NCBI GenBank assembly: GCA_010093605.1
Contig: MU004195.1
Coordinates: 1 to 64,000, forward strand
Direction of reading: 5' to 3'
Source: Lophium mytilinum
Taxonomy: Eukaryota
Length of the DNA: 64,000 bases
The stretch's first letter is position 1, and each line of letters starts with the position of its first letter. Positions 25,083 through 36,394 of this stretch are shown here, piece by piece. The notes under the pieces were generated by a model, which was not told the DNA's origin, did not search any database, and saw only the letters and a program-made list of their open reading frames with translations. Made by a program: the position numbers and the translations under genes.

Positions 25083-28028
25083 ATGGCACCCGGTATCACA
25101 GCAGTGCCAACCCCGGCTCGCATTCTTTTCCTGGACGCCTATGACTCCTTCACCAACAACATTGTCACTCAAGCCCGCGAGACTCTCGGAGCGGACGTTA
25201 CTGTAATACATATTGATGACGAGAGATATATCGGCGCCGGCCACGACGACTTCTTGGAATTACTGTCTGCATTTGATGCCGTTATCGCTGGCCCTGGACC
25301 GGGAGATCCATCGCGTGAACAGGACGTTGGCCTGCTCGGAAAGCTATGGAGCGTCGACGAGAAAGATATGTTGCCTGTTCTCGGGATCTGTTTAGGATAT
25401 CAGAGCCTAGCGTTAGCCTTCGGAGCGAGCATTGAGCGACTCCCAGAGCCCCGACACGGTGTCATGACTAACGATTTCCTGCATGACGATCGCTCAATCT
25501 TCAAAGGCATCGGCGAAGTCAAGGCGACCCAGTATCATTCTTTACGTGTCAACATCGGTCACTCGATTCAGACCCAGAACTCGGTTAGCTATCCGAAACA
25601 GCTGTGGGAACCTACAGAGCAGTGTCCTGATCTAGAGCCTTTAGCGTGGGACTGGGACGTGCCGCCAAACAAAGCAGTCCTCATGGCTACTAGGCACTTG
25701 CATAAACCGTTTTGGGGCGTTCAGTATCACCCAGAATCGATATGCACCAACGAGGAGGGCGCGAGAGTTGTTGGTAACTGGTGGAGAGAGGCTCAGGGCT
25801 GGATCGCGGAGAACAAGATACTCCGACTAAGACAACTCGAACTGACCTCACGTGTGCCTGTCCTGGCGCAGACGATACAACGCAAAGAGGAGCAGGCCAG
25901 AGAGGGCAAAGAAGGCGACCCAATGACTAGCTCCCGCATGATGCTGAAGCTGGATAAGTGCGGCGACGCGGTGCAGTCAAGAACTGGCCCTGGCAGTACT
26001 TTCTTATCGACGAGGAAGGTTCAGGGGGTGGACTTGCTGCGTCTTGACGCACTCGAGAGGGCATTGCATCAAGAGTGGGAGAAAGAAACCGTCAACACTA
26101 AATTAGTGCCAAAATACCCGTCCATGTCGAAGCTGGATGTCCTCAAAAAGGGGTACGAGATTTCTAGGGAGAACTCCGAGTTCTCACAGCAAGCTTTCGG
26201 AGAAGATATCATGGCTCGTAATGGCACCAAGTCAACGATGCCATGGCTCCGGCCTGATACCGTCCATGTCAAGACGTGCGGAAGCGGACAACTTCGAGTC
26301 TCTGAAGTCTGTGGTATGGTCCGTATGCACGATCCGCTGAGTCAGGCGGTGGTTTTCGAATCTGGGTTGAAGCCTGGACTCCTACCATCAGAGGTCGGCA
26401 CTGGCCGATACAGCATCGTCGGCATCTTCGTCCCCAACGAGACACTCCGGTTGAGCTACTCAGTCTACAGCAGAACCTTGTATTGGAAGACAGGCCAGGG
26501 GAAAACCTACTATCATCGCCGGGTCGAAGATATCTGGGAGTACCTACGAGAACTAATGGATGACTTGAGACCCATTAAAGAACCTGCTGGACCTCGATTT
26601 GCGCCTTTTTGGGGCGGTCTCATGGGTTATGCATCGTACGAAGCTGGCCTCGATACTATAGGCGTCAAACCATCGCCACGCCAAAACACAAACCCCGACC
26701 TCCAATTTGCTTTCATTACACGCAGCATTGTCATCGACCACACCATGAAGAAGGTCTACGTTCAGAGCATCCGCTCGGCTGACGACATGCGCTGGGTTGT
26801 CGCCACTCAAGAGAGTCTTTTCAACCGGTTTATCTCCCCAAATCGTATCAGGCCGCTAGCGGAATCATACCCTCTTGTGCCCAAACATCAGCTCTATGGT
26901 TTGGGATTACACGCCGTAGTGTCGGACATTAGCAGGCTATATCCAGCTGATGTCCAGGTCAAGCACCTTCACCACCTCCTACTCCGAGAAAAAATCAAAG
27001 ACGGGATGTGCTCTCCACCATTGCGCAAGGGCTATGAATCGATGGTCGAAAGCTGCCAGGAAGAGATCGCAGCGGGTAACTCATACGAGCTGTGTCTGAC
27101 CCAGCAGACGACGTTCTTGCTCCCACCCACCGATATTCAAAGCTGGAAGAATCAAACCAATCCGATTTTCGCCCCTGGTAACGTCCCATGGACGCTCTTC
27201 CGCAACATCATGGACCGCAACCCCGCCCCCTTCGGCGCCTACATCCGCTTCGGAAACTGCGACATGGGAAGCGGCGTGAGTATCGTGAGCAGCAGCCCGG
27301 AGCGCTTCATGTCTTGGGACCGCAAGGGGCGCACGCAATGCCGGCCCATCAAGGGTACCGTCCGCAAAGGGCCGAACGTCACCCGCGCCGACGCCGACGA
27401 GATCCTGCAGTCCTCTAAAGAGCGTGCAGAGAATCTCATGATCGTCGACCTTACGCGTCACCAATTGCACGGCGTGTTTGGTTCTAACGTCACCGTTCCG
27501 CATCTTATGGAGGTAGAAGAGTACGAGACGGTGTACCAACTCGTTTCTGTGGTCGAAGGCGTGCCTCCCGGCGTCGACCATGCCCGTACGCCAGAGGACT
27601 GGGAAGAGCCGTCGGATTACGTGTCGGTCAAGACAAGGGCTAATACCAGTGCATACGGTATTCGTGCCCTGGCTGCTTCACTACCTCCGGGTTCGATGAC
27701 TGGGGCTCCGAAGAAGCGGTCTTGTGAGTTGTTGAAAGAAATTGAGGAAGATGAGCCCCGTGGGATATACGCTGGGGTCCTTGGCTACCTAGACGTGGGC
27801 GGCGGAGGGGACTTTTCGGTGGTTATTCGCACCGCAGTGTGCTGGGAGGAGGACAGAGTGGAAAGAGAGGGTAAAGAAGCCCGAGAGGTGTGGAGGATTG
27901 GCGCGGGGGGTGCAGTCACCTCGCAGAGTACCGCTTCGGGGGAGTATGACGAGATGTTCGTCAAACTTGGGGCCACACTGGGGGCGTTTACGGCCGATCC
28001 TGGCCACCCTGCGTACCCCATGGAGTAG
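25083..28028 (+). CDS. ABZ1: Aminodeoxychorismate (PABA) synthase, fused glutamine amidotransferase and chorismate-binding domains
   Basis: LFLDAYDSFTNN, GPGPG, LGICLG, QYHPES; SYELCLT, SSPERF, PIKGT, KERAENLMIVDL, PPGSMTGAPK, GAGGAVT. Confidence 0.93.
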   Translation: MAPGITAVPTPARILFLDAYDSFTNNIVTQARETLGADVTVIHIDDERYIGAGHDDFLELLSAFDAVIAGPGPGDPSREQDVGLLGKLWSVDEKDMLPVLGICLGYQSLALAFGASIERLPEPRHGVMTNDFLHDDRSIFKGIGEVKATQYHSLRVNIGHSIQTQNSVSYPKQLWEPTEQCPDLEPLAWDWDVPPNKAVLMATRHLHKPFWGVQYHPESICTNEEGARVVGNWWREAQGWIAENKILRLRQLELTSRVPVLAQTIQRKEEQAREGKEGDPMTSSRMMLKLDKCGDAVQSRTGPGSTFLSTRKVQGVDLLRLDALERALHQEWEKETVNTKLVPKYPSMSKLDVLKKGYEISRENSEFSQQAFGEDIMARNGTKSTMPWLRPDTVHVKTCGSGQLRVSEVCGMVRMHDPLSQAVVFESGLKPGLLPSEVGTGRYSIVGIFVPNETLRLSYSVYSRTLYWKTGQGKTYYHRRVEDIWEYLRELMDDLRPIKEPAGPRFAPFWGGLMGYASYEAGLDTIGVKPSPRQNTNPDLQFAFITRSIVIDHTMKKVYVQSIRSADDMRWVVATQESLFNRFISPNRIRPLAESYPLVPKHQLYGLGLHAVVSDISRLYPADVQVKHLHHLLLREKIKDGMCSPPLRKGYESMVESCQEEIAAGNSYELCLTQQTTFLLPPTDIQSWKNQTNPIFAPGNVPWTLFRNIMDRNPAPFGAYIRFGNCDMGSGVSIVSSSPERFMSWDRKGRTQCRPIKGTVRKGPNVTRADADEILQSSKERAENLMIVDLTRHQLHGVFGSNVTVPHLMEVEEYETVYQLVSVVEGVPPGVDHARTPEDWEEPSDYVSVKTRANTSAYGIRALAASLPPGSMTGAPKKRSCELLKEIEEDEPRGIYAGVLGYLDVGGGGDFSVVIRTAVCWEEDRVEREGKEAREVWRIGAGGAVTSQSTASGEYDEMFVKLGATLGAFTADPGHPAYPME

Positions 28029-28621
28029 GACGATGTTTGCATAGCGTGGGTCTGGGTTTGATTGGGAGTTTTGGGTATATCAGGCTGCATTGGTGGTCAC
28101 TATGGACTGGTTCAACATGGGATATAGATTTCTGGCTCAACGCCACCGTTTGAAGCACCTCAACTACATTGCTTCACAATATATATTTTCAACATTCCGA
28201 GTACAGATATGAAGCTTGCTTTTAGTCTTAACCAGAGTGAATTATGAATCTACTCTTACTCTGCCAAGCTCTACAGATCAGCCTTCCTCGCCGTTCATTT
28301 TGAAAATGTAGAAAACATACGAACCGTCCCCCGGGCGAATGAGTCGAAAATGTGCCGATACGCTTTCACCTGATGCGGATTTGAAACGTGTGGTGTTGAG
28401 TTATGAGAGCGGTGCAGGGGTCGAGAGGCTCCGCTTTTCGCTTGCAAGTTCCCTGGCCATTTCAACCAGCCATCTTCCTTCAGGCCTTCATCTTCACCTG
28501 CAACCCCACCGCCACGTCCTTAATCACCCACGCAACGCACACCTCTCGCTGCGAGAGCCTAAACTACCAACAGAAGAGTTCAATCCTTCCGATCGCGAGG
28601 AGTCGGCCCTCAGCATCCAAC

Positions 28622-29530
28622 ATGTCGTCGTACCTCTCGAACCTCCTCACGACCACGACATCACGATACACCTCCCTGCGACGGAACCTCCTCGACAGCG
28701 AAGGCGACGGCGATACCGAAGACGACTCCCACATCTCACGAGTACTAAGGGCATACTACATTGAGAAGGGCAGGCCTTTCCCGCCATGGCTGCCCCCAGA
28801 CCCAAAGACACCGCAACAGGCGCCCACACAATTCGTTTCCTCGCTGGGTAGGCAGCCCGGACAGCAGCCCGTCATGGGCCGCGGCGGCGGTTTGAGTGGT
28901 CTATGGGACGAGTCACCACAGCAGCCGCCACCCCAGCAGGAGCCGCTTTCGCTGCGACGAGCCCAGGGACGGGGTGGCGGAGGACGCGGCATGCCCGGAC
29001 GACCAGGCGCTGTCGAATCGTATTCTGCAGAGTCGCAGCTGGCACCGCGACCTCTCCCAAGCCAGCGGGCAGGAAGCTATCAACCGGCAAGCGCATTCGG
29101 ACGACCAGCCGCTGAACCATCGCCGCCGCCAAGCAGTGGATCTGGAGCGACGGCACAGGAAAGACTCAAGCAGCGGCTGTGGGGATCTGGACGGTCGAAC
29201 AGCCCGTTGCAAAGTGCTTCTGCCAACTCCAGTCCTGCGTCAACGCCGGGCGTAGGCTCGGCGGGAATGCGCAATCCATACGATCGAAGCAATAGCGGCG
29301 GGTCGGCTAGACAGGCTGCGCCAGCACCATACCCAGAGGATCGAGGGGGATACGGCGGGGGCAGGGCGAACCAGAACCAGAGCTCAAACGCGTCTGCCAA
29401 CTCGCCATGGTCGAACCCGGCTGATGACGAGTTCGGGGGTGGAGCTTACGACACGGGGAGGCAGTATGGAGGGCCACGGGGTGGAGGCCGCGAGAGGATT
29501 GGGCTGCCGAATGGGCCACGGCCGCGATAA
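28622..29530 (+). CDS. MSO1: Mso1-like Sec1-binding exocytosis protein
   Basis: N-terminal EGDGDTEDDSHISRVLRAYYIEKGRPFPPWL motif followed by a disordered G/P/S-rich tail. Confidence 0.75.
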   Translation: MSSYLSNLLTTTTSRYTSLRRNLLDSEGDGDTEDDSHISRVLRAYYIEKGRPFPPWLPPDPKTPQQAPTQFVSSLGRQPGQQPVMGRGGGLSGLWDESPQQPPPQQEPLSLRRAQGRGGGGRGMPGRPGAVESYSAESQLAPRPLPSQRAGSYQPASAFGRPAAEPSPPPSSGSGATAQERLKQRLWGSGRSNSPLQSASANSSPASTPGVGSAGMRNPYDRSNSGGSARQAAPAPYPEDRGGYGGGRANQNQSSNASANSPWSNPADDEFGGGAYDTGRQYGGPRGGGRERIGLPNGPRPR

Positions 29531-30012
29531 ACTGCTCTTCCGGTTTTCTCATGGGATTTGGGCTTTCATGGAGCGTTCAGCATATTCACTCAAGGCGTTT
29601 TGGAGGCGTTTGGACAGTTTTGGGGTTTCTTTGAATGTAGCTTGTTCACAGCTGGACGCTTCAGGTGCTCATTCGGCGCATTCGAGGCTCTGCATATTTG
29701 TCCTATGGATGCTAATAAGAGCTATACTATACCCTATCGCTTTGACTATTTTCCCTTATATGATATGACATAGCAATTGCGGGAGCCTCGATATTGAGGG
29801 GCAGGCCACGCACCTTGCTTCGCCCCGCGTCACGAGCCAACGTCATCCCGCCTCCCAGCTCTCACCACCATCCTCCCACATCGCCAATCATACGAGTTGC
29901 ATTCGAGGCAGCTCGCAACCTTCTCTGCCTGTAGCTACATTCGCTCTAGCTGCCAGGCCCTCGTTCCTGACTTCACCAGTCCATCTCGCGCCTTCTAGCT
30001 GCTCCATTCACC

Positions 30013-32771
30013 ATGACCTCCCCAACACCGCCGCACAGCCCGCCGTCTCCCACGGCATCCTTCTACGACATGAGCGACGACGAGGAGGGCGAGTACAACA
30101 CCATCCGACACACCAGCAGCGGCAGGGGCGTGAAGCTGCTGTATACTAAGAGCAAGGTAAGCTTCGGACGGGTGGCGAGAGACGCATACACCACAGCTCT
30201 CTCACCAAACTAACCATCATCCACCAGGTCTACGTCCACCCCACGCCCTCCGCCAAAGACAACATCCCCGGCTTTGTCGCTCTCGTCCAGCAAAAAGGCC
30301 CGACCTCCCCCGACGACGCCCGGCCCACCTCCTCGTCCTCCGCCCGCAGCGTGCACGCCTCCTCCCTCCTCCTCGCCTGGGTCCCAGAGTCCTCACTCGG
30401 CGACTCCTACGACACCTATGTGAAAGTCGACCTATCGGACTCGTCGTCGCCGCCGCGGCAATCCTACCTCGTGCCGCCCCCGCCGACGACGACGACGCAC
30501 GCGAACTCGATCGGCACCTATGCGTTCGCGGTGCCGGTTAGCGAGATCTACTCGTTGCTAGTGCGCCCGCCGAGCATCGGGTGGTGGTTTGGGAGTTTGG
30601 TGGTGAACACGAAGGCTGGAGAGAGCTTCCCGGCGCTGTTTTTCCATGATAGCGAGTGCCAGTCGACCATTTTGCAGCGGAAGAAGCTGGCACGGGAGAG
30701 TTTTGATCCGTTTGGGGATGGCGGGGGGATGTTTTGGGGCGGAGACGAGGTGCTGAGGTGGTTGAAGCGGTATGTGAATGTGGAGAGGTCCGGGGCCGAG
30801 CCGAGTATTTATCTTATCGATCCGAGCGAGGAGGATAAGATGTCGTTTGGGCGGAAGGCGACGACGTCGAAGGAGCCGAGGAATAGTAGTGATGGCGGGG
30901 CGTCGTCGTCGGCGGGTCCGCCGGCGACGAGGAGGGATGGCGGGATGGACCCGATTACGAAGACGTTGAAGGAGGCGAGGTGGAACTTCTTGGAGAAGCT
31001 GAGCCAGGTTACAACGTTTACGAGGAGGACGGCGCAGGCGGTGGCGGAGAATCCGAAGGTTCCGCCGCAGGTTCGGAGGTTGATTCAGAATCCGGAGGTT
31101 CAGGTGTTGCAAGAGGAGTTTGACAGTGCGAAGATTTACTTGGCGAGATGGGCCATGGGGATTCAGGAGCAGAGTGAAAGAGAACGGAATCAACGAATCT
31201 GGACGGCGAATGATGTGCTGGAGATGGAGGAGAGTTCGGTCGGGGAGTTCGAGATTCTCGATATGGAGGCTGGAAAGCTGTCGTTGAGTGATCTCAGGAA
31301 GCCAGTGACTATGAAAGAGTGGCAGGGCTTTTTCGATGCACGTACGGGAAGGCTGCAGATTACGCCGGATGAAGTCAAGGAACGGATCTTCCATGGTGGC
31401 TTACATCCGGATGACGGTGTTCGAAAAGAAGCATGGATGTTCCTACTTGGTGTCTATGAATGGGATAGCTCAACCGAGGAACGCCATGCAAGCATGAACA
31501 GCCGCCGGGACGAGTACATCAGGCTCAAGGGCGCCTGGTGGGAGCGAATGATTGAAGGGCACAGCACGGCGGAAGAAGAGGAGTGGTGGAAAGAGCAGAA
31601 GAACAGGATAGGTACACATTCCCAAATCCCTTTTCAAATTTCACGAGACTGACTTTTCCCATTCTATGGGATCCGTGCTATAGAGAAAGATGTGCACCGA
31701 ACCGATCGTACTATCCCCATCTTCATGGGAGAAGACATCCCACATCCAGACCCCGATTCACCCTTCGCAGACGTCGGCACCAACGTGCATCTCGAGCAGA
31801 TGAAAGACATGCTCTTGACGTACAATGAGTACAACAAGGATCTCGGTTACGTGCAAGGCATGAGCGACCTTCTCTCGCCTATCTACGCCGTAATGCAAGA
31901 CGACGCCGCCGCATTTTGGGGCTTTGTCGGCTTCATGGAACGAATGGTAATCAACACTCTCACTCCCCTCATATATCGCAGTACTAACAACCTCAAGGAA
32001 CGAAACTTCCTCCGCGATCAATCCGGCATGCGCAAGCAACTCCTGACCCTCGACCACCTCGTGCAGCTAATGGACCCAAAACTCTACCTCCACCTCCAAT
32101 CCGCCGACTCCACCAACTTCTTCTTCTTCTTCCGCATGCTGCTCGTGTGGTACAAGCGGGAGTTCGAATGGGTCGACGTGCTCCGCTTATGGGAGGGGCT
32201 GTGGACCGACTACCTCTCATCCAACTACCACATCTTCATCGCATTGGCGATCCTGGAAAGACATCGAGATGTCATCATGGAGCATTTGAAGCACTTTGAC
32301 GAGGTGCTAAAGTATAGTAAGTCGGAACCACAACGATTGTTGAAGAAGATGTGATGGGTAGAAAACTAATGTATTGTAGTTAATGAACTCTCCGGCACCA
32401 TCGAGCTCCAGTCCACCCTCGTCCGCGCCGAATCTCTCTTCCGCCGCTTCCAGCGCACTGTCGAGACTATCGATAAGAAAGATAATTTCCCATTGCCCCC
32501 GACCGCGCACCGCCGCATCTCGTCCACCGAGTCTGCGTCGTCGTCCCCGCCGCCCAAAACGACGTGGAGTGCGTCCGGCGCGGCGTCGTCGGCTACGGGC
32601 ACTGATAGGGGCAAGCAGAGGCAGAGTGTTGGCGATGCGGTGGCGAAGGGGATTGGGGCGGATAAGGAGAAGGTCATTTCGCCCGAGTTAAGGCAGTTGC
32701 TTAGTCGCGAGGTCGAGAAGGTGAGTAAGAAGGAGCTTAAGGAGCATGGGGGTGGGGTTGGGAGTGCTTGA
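30013..32771 (+). CDS. GYP7: TBC-domain Rab GTPase-activating protein
   Basis: Exons 30013-30156, 30228-31611, 31684-31946, 31998-32316 and 32380-32771. KLLYTKSKVYVHPT, LFFHDSEC, IEKDVHRTDR (Arg finger), YVQGMSD (Gln finger), FFFRMLLVWYKREF. Confidence 0.92.
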
Positions 32772-33084
32772 TGAGATCGAAGTCTTAGGCAAATGGTGGG
32801 CCGGATTTGGGATGGTGTTTGGCGTTTGGGGGAAATACGGAAAGGGTTTGTTAGGAGGTACATCACTCAACTTTATAAGGACGAATTGAATTTTCAGCAG
32901 CATAACCCCCCTTTTACCCTTTCATCCCAGCAACTCCACTTTAAGGTTCCCCGGTCGTTACTCAACAGATGTAGAAAAGTGTTTCAAAAGAACAGTCCAC
33001 TCTTCCCTTCTACCTCGTCAACCCTCCATCAACCATCAATCGACTCCTCCGCCAAACCCTCAAACACCACGCAATTCTCACCAC

Positions 33085-33777
33085 TCATTCCCTTCCGCTA
33101 CCCCACCCCACCCACCCCCTCCCCAACCTCTCCACCGCCTCGCCCTCGTCCACCACATCCGCAAACAACATCTCCAAATCAAATAGCGTCGCCTGCTGAA
33201 TCTCGCGACTCCGATCCCCACTCCCCTCATCCACCACGATACTCCGAAACCCGTATCCCAGCGCATCCACCGCCGTCGCCCGCACACACCCACTCGTACT
33301 AACCCCACACACCACCACCGTATCCACTTCCATCCCGCCCAAAACCCCCGCCAAATTCGTGCCAAAAAACGCACTCGGGTTCTTCTTCAAAATTACCACG
33401 TCCTCTGGCCCTGGCGTCAGGCCCTCGAGCCACGCGTCCATGCCCCGCGTGTCGCCGTCCTGCCAGATACTGATGCCGGGCGCTTTGACGGCTTGGATGG
33501 CGCCGTCGAGCATTTTGGGGTGGTTGTAGCGGACTTGAGCCCACAGCACGGGGGTGGAGCCGGCGCGGGCGGCAGCGAGGAGCCGGCGCATGGAAGCGGG
33601 GGAGTTGGAGCCGGCGGGGTCGGCGAGGAAGGAGAGGGGGGAGGTGGGGGACCAGTAGGCGCTGCAGACGTCGATGAGGAGGAGGGCGGGCTTGGAGCCC
33701 CAGCCGAGGCGCGTGTGGAGGTTGGAGGCGAGGGATGAGGCGTATGAGGGATGGGAGATTACGAGTGGAGTTGTCAT
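33085..33777 (-). CDS. Isochorismatase-family cysteine amidohydrolase (N-carbamoylsarcosine amidase / maleamate amidohydrolase-like)
   Basis: LGWGSKPALLLID, KKNPSAFFGT and GVSTSGCVRATAVD give an intact Asp-Lys-Cys triad. Confidence 0.9.
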   Translation of the reverse strand: MTTPLVISHPSYASSLASNLHTRLGWGSKPALLLIDVCSAYWSPTSPLSFLADPAGSNSPASMRRLLAAARAGSTPVLWAQVRYNHPKMLDGAIQAVKAPGISIWQDGDTRGMDAWLEGLTPGPEDVVILKKNPSAFFGTNLAGVLGGMEVDTVVVCGVSTSGCVRATAVDALGYGFRSIVVDEGSGDRSREIQQATLFDLEMLFADVVDEGEAVERLGRGWVGWGSGRE

Positions 33778-34071
33778 TTTGGGGATTGGCGTTGTTGGGT
33801 TAGTGAGCGATGAAGAATGGGAAAGGTGTAAGATGTAGGTAGATGTGGTGAGCTGGGATGTACTGTATATGCATGTGTAGATGCCGGCCGGCATCTGGAG
33901 AGTTTTGCCGGGATACTTGAGAGGGAGTCACTAATAACGTGCAGGAAGGTTTGGAGATTTGGTGGACTAAACCCAGATCGCTAGGTCATCTATTACTGGA
34001 TATCAAAGCTAAAATACGCACCCTCCCAGGCTCATTGCTCTATGACGACAGGCGAGACTCTTCGGACGTGT

Positions 34072-35777
34072 TTACAGCTTCCCCCTGATCTTTATCTCTA
34101 GCATCCTCGCAGGAATGTAGATCAAAGTCCCGAGGACGAGTGCAAATTCGAAGCCCAAATCTCCTGCTTTCTCTGCTATCGGGCCTGTATACCAGGTTTG
34201 CGCCATGCTGGGCACGACCAGGGCAAAAGGGATTATCAGCGCGGCGAGGGCTGCAAGTCCGCTTGGAAGGTCGCTGGCCACATTCCAGATCTTGTGGTCG
34301 TATGCTGCCGGGTTGGCTTTGCGGAAGATGAACCACTCGCTCAGCAGAATGCCCGTGAAGGCAGCAGCCCAATAAGCGATGACTCCTAGGAAGCTCTCAA
34401 GAGATTCGAAAAACGATTCCGCGGCCTTGATACCGACACCAAGATCAATAGCGGTGATGAGGATGACGAAGAGAACGCGCGGCACTTTGACGAACTGCGG
34501 CCAGATGATCTGGAAGTTCAGCGAGACGGAGTAGAAGCCTGGCGAGATTTGGGCTACGACGGAAAGAGCGAGAAGGACTGCGATGAATTTGCCGAAGCCG
34601 CCCGCTGGGTGCAACATCACTTCGAGAACGCCGCCGACGGAGTCGCGGTCGTATGCGTCAGCCCAGGCTGGGACGTTTGGAACTGCACCGCCGATGGCTG
34701 CGCCGAGACACATGAGAAGAACGGAGGGTAGGCAAATGCCCATCCAGCAGTACATGAAGATGCGCCATCTACAGTGACACAAGTTAGATCAGGTCACCAG
34801 ATGATACGGACTGGAAGTGCTTACTTTGGTGCCTTGGGAGAGAAGTAGACGGCAATATCTCCAACCGTCGAGCTATATGGAAGCATGTACCCGGCGATAA
34901 AGCTGATAAATATCATGACAGTCTGTCCACTTGGCGCTACTGGCGGTGCCTGCTCCTTCAACTTATTGCCGCCGCATCCTACTGCTACGAGAATGGCAAT
35001 CAGTGCGGGTATCCAGGCATATCTTTCATATTGATGGATGAAGTTGAAGCCGAAGAACGCAGGAACCATGGCACAGATGCCAACAACAACAATACCAACG
35101 ATCTGGCTGATGGAATCGTTCGATACAGCCGCTAGAGTTTGTCCAGCGGTGACTAGGCAGATGATTTGGTAACCGCAGAGAGAGCACATGTTCAGAATGA
35201 CGACGAGAATATTTGGATACATGCTATGTCGCGTTAGAAATGGGCCCAGTTTATTTGATGCAGGGGACTCACCCAAAGCTATACCGCGCCTGAATCATTT
35301 GACGCATGCCTGTGCGCGGCGATATGGTCTCAATGTATGCAGGAGGTATACAAAGCAGAAAAGAGAAGAAGAAGATGAGTAGACTGCAGTCCCTCAAACT
35401 CAGTCCGAATGCCAACGTTCCGAGCATGCCGGTGACAAGGCTGACGTTGATATTAGCTTGAACCTTGATGCATTTCGAGAGATGCAGGCTTACGGTAGAG
35501 GGCAAATCAGACTGGTAAACCACACAGTAAAAATCTTATTGTACTGCAAATCGGTTCGCTGCTCTTCAGGCACAGGCTGCACACCACGAAGCTCAACACC
35601 AGTGGCGGAGAGCAGTTTCCAGAGCTTAGAAAATATCCCTTTGCTCATGAGAGGGGATTCGCTTTCGATGATCTCCACATCGCCAGCGATAGGAGTGGAG
35701 GTATCGACAACATGTCCCTTTTCGATATCGGAGTCCGACTTCTCATTAGGAGGCGTGTTTGTTGATGCTCGTTCCAT
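34072..35777 (-). CDS. NCS1 purine-cytosine permease family transporter (Fcy2/Tpn1-like)
   Basis: GVELRGVQPVP, GMRQMIQARYSFG, IHQYERYAWIP, GGFGKF, FLGVIAYW, MAQTWYTGPIA, GDLGFE; three GT-AG introns. Confidence 0.9.
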
Positions 35778-36394
35778 GGCGCCTTGTGTGTAAAGATTGA
35801 CCAAAAAGGGTCCCGATGGATATGGAAAGGATGGTCCCAGTTACCAGTTCGTTGGGTTGCAAAGCGAGGGATGGCTTCTGCAAGACCTTATTTTATGTTC
35901 TCGCTTATAGGCCAGCTCGGATGCAATGGCAGCTGTCGGAAACCGCTATCAGATATGGGGTATCGTGTTTTGCCGGCCGCTACCTGATATACATGATAGG
36001 ACCCTGGAACTTTATCGGCAGTTCCACGTGTAGCACAACGCTAAGAGAATCTCGACTAGCATAGACCTGGAGGCGACTATCGAATTAGCGTAACGTTGCG
36101 AACATTGCCATTCCTGTTATCTCGGTTACTTACTCCGTCGGACCGTTTTGACTCGCAACACTATTTGGGGCGTTGTGGAACATTGAGGTGTTGCAGCATA
36201 AGACAACTCGGAACTGTGACGCCAAGTCGTTATCGTAGCTCGGCCCTATCCACGGTGATCTAAATAATCGCAAAATCGAGGCAGTCGATCTTATGTAACA
36301 CGTGATCATCTGCTTCATTGAATGATTTGGAAGACGTGGCATATAATATTGTGGCGTAAAGACGACCGAAAAACGCGACATCTCTAGTCACCGA

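Noticed and set aside
30558..31394. Long antisense ORFs (also 15651-16517, 46518-47066, 49852-50793)
   Set aside because: Shadows of GC-rich codon usage on the opposite strand of well-supported genes.
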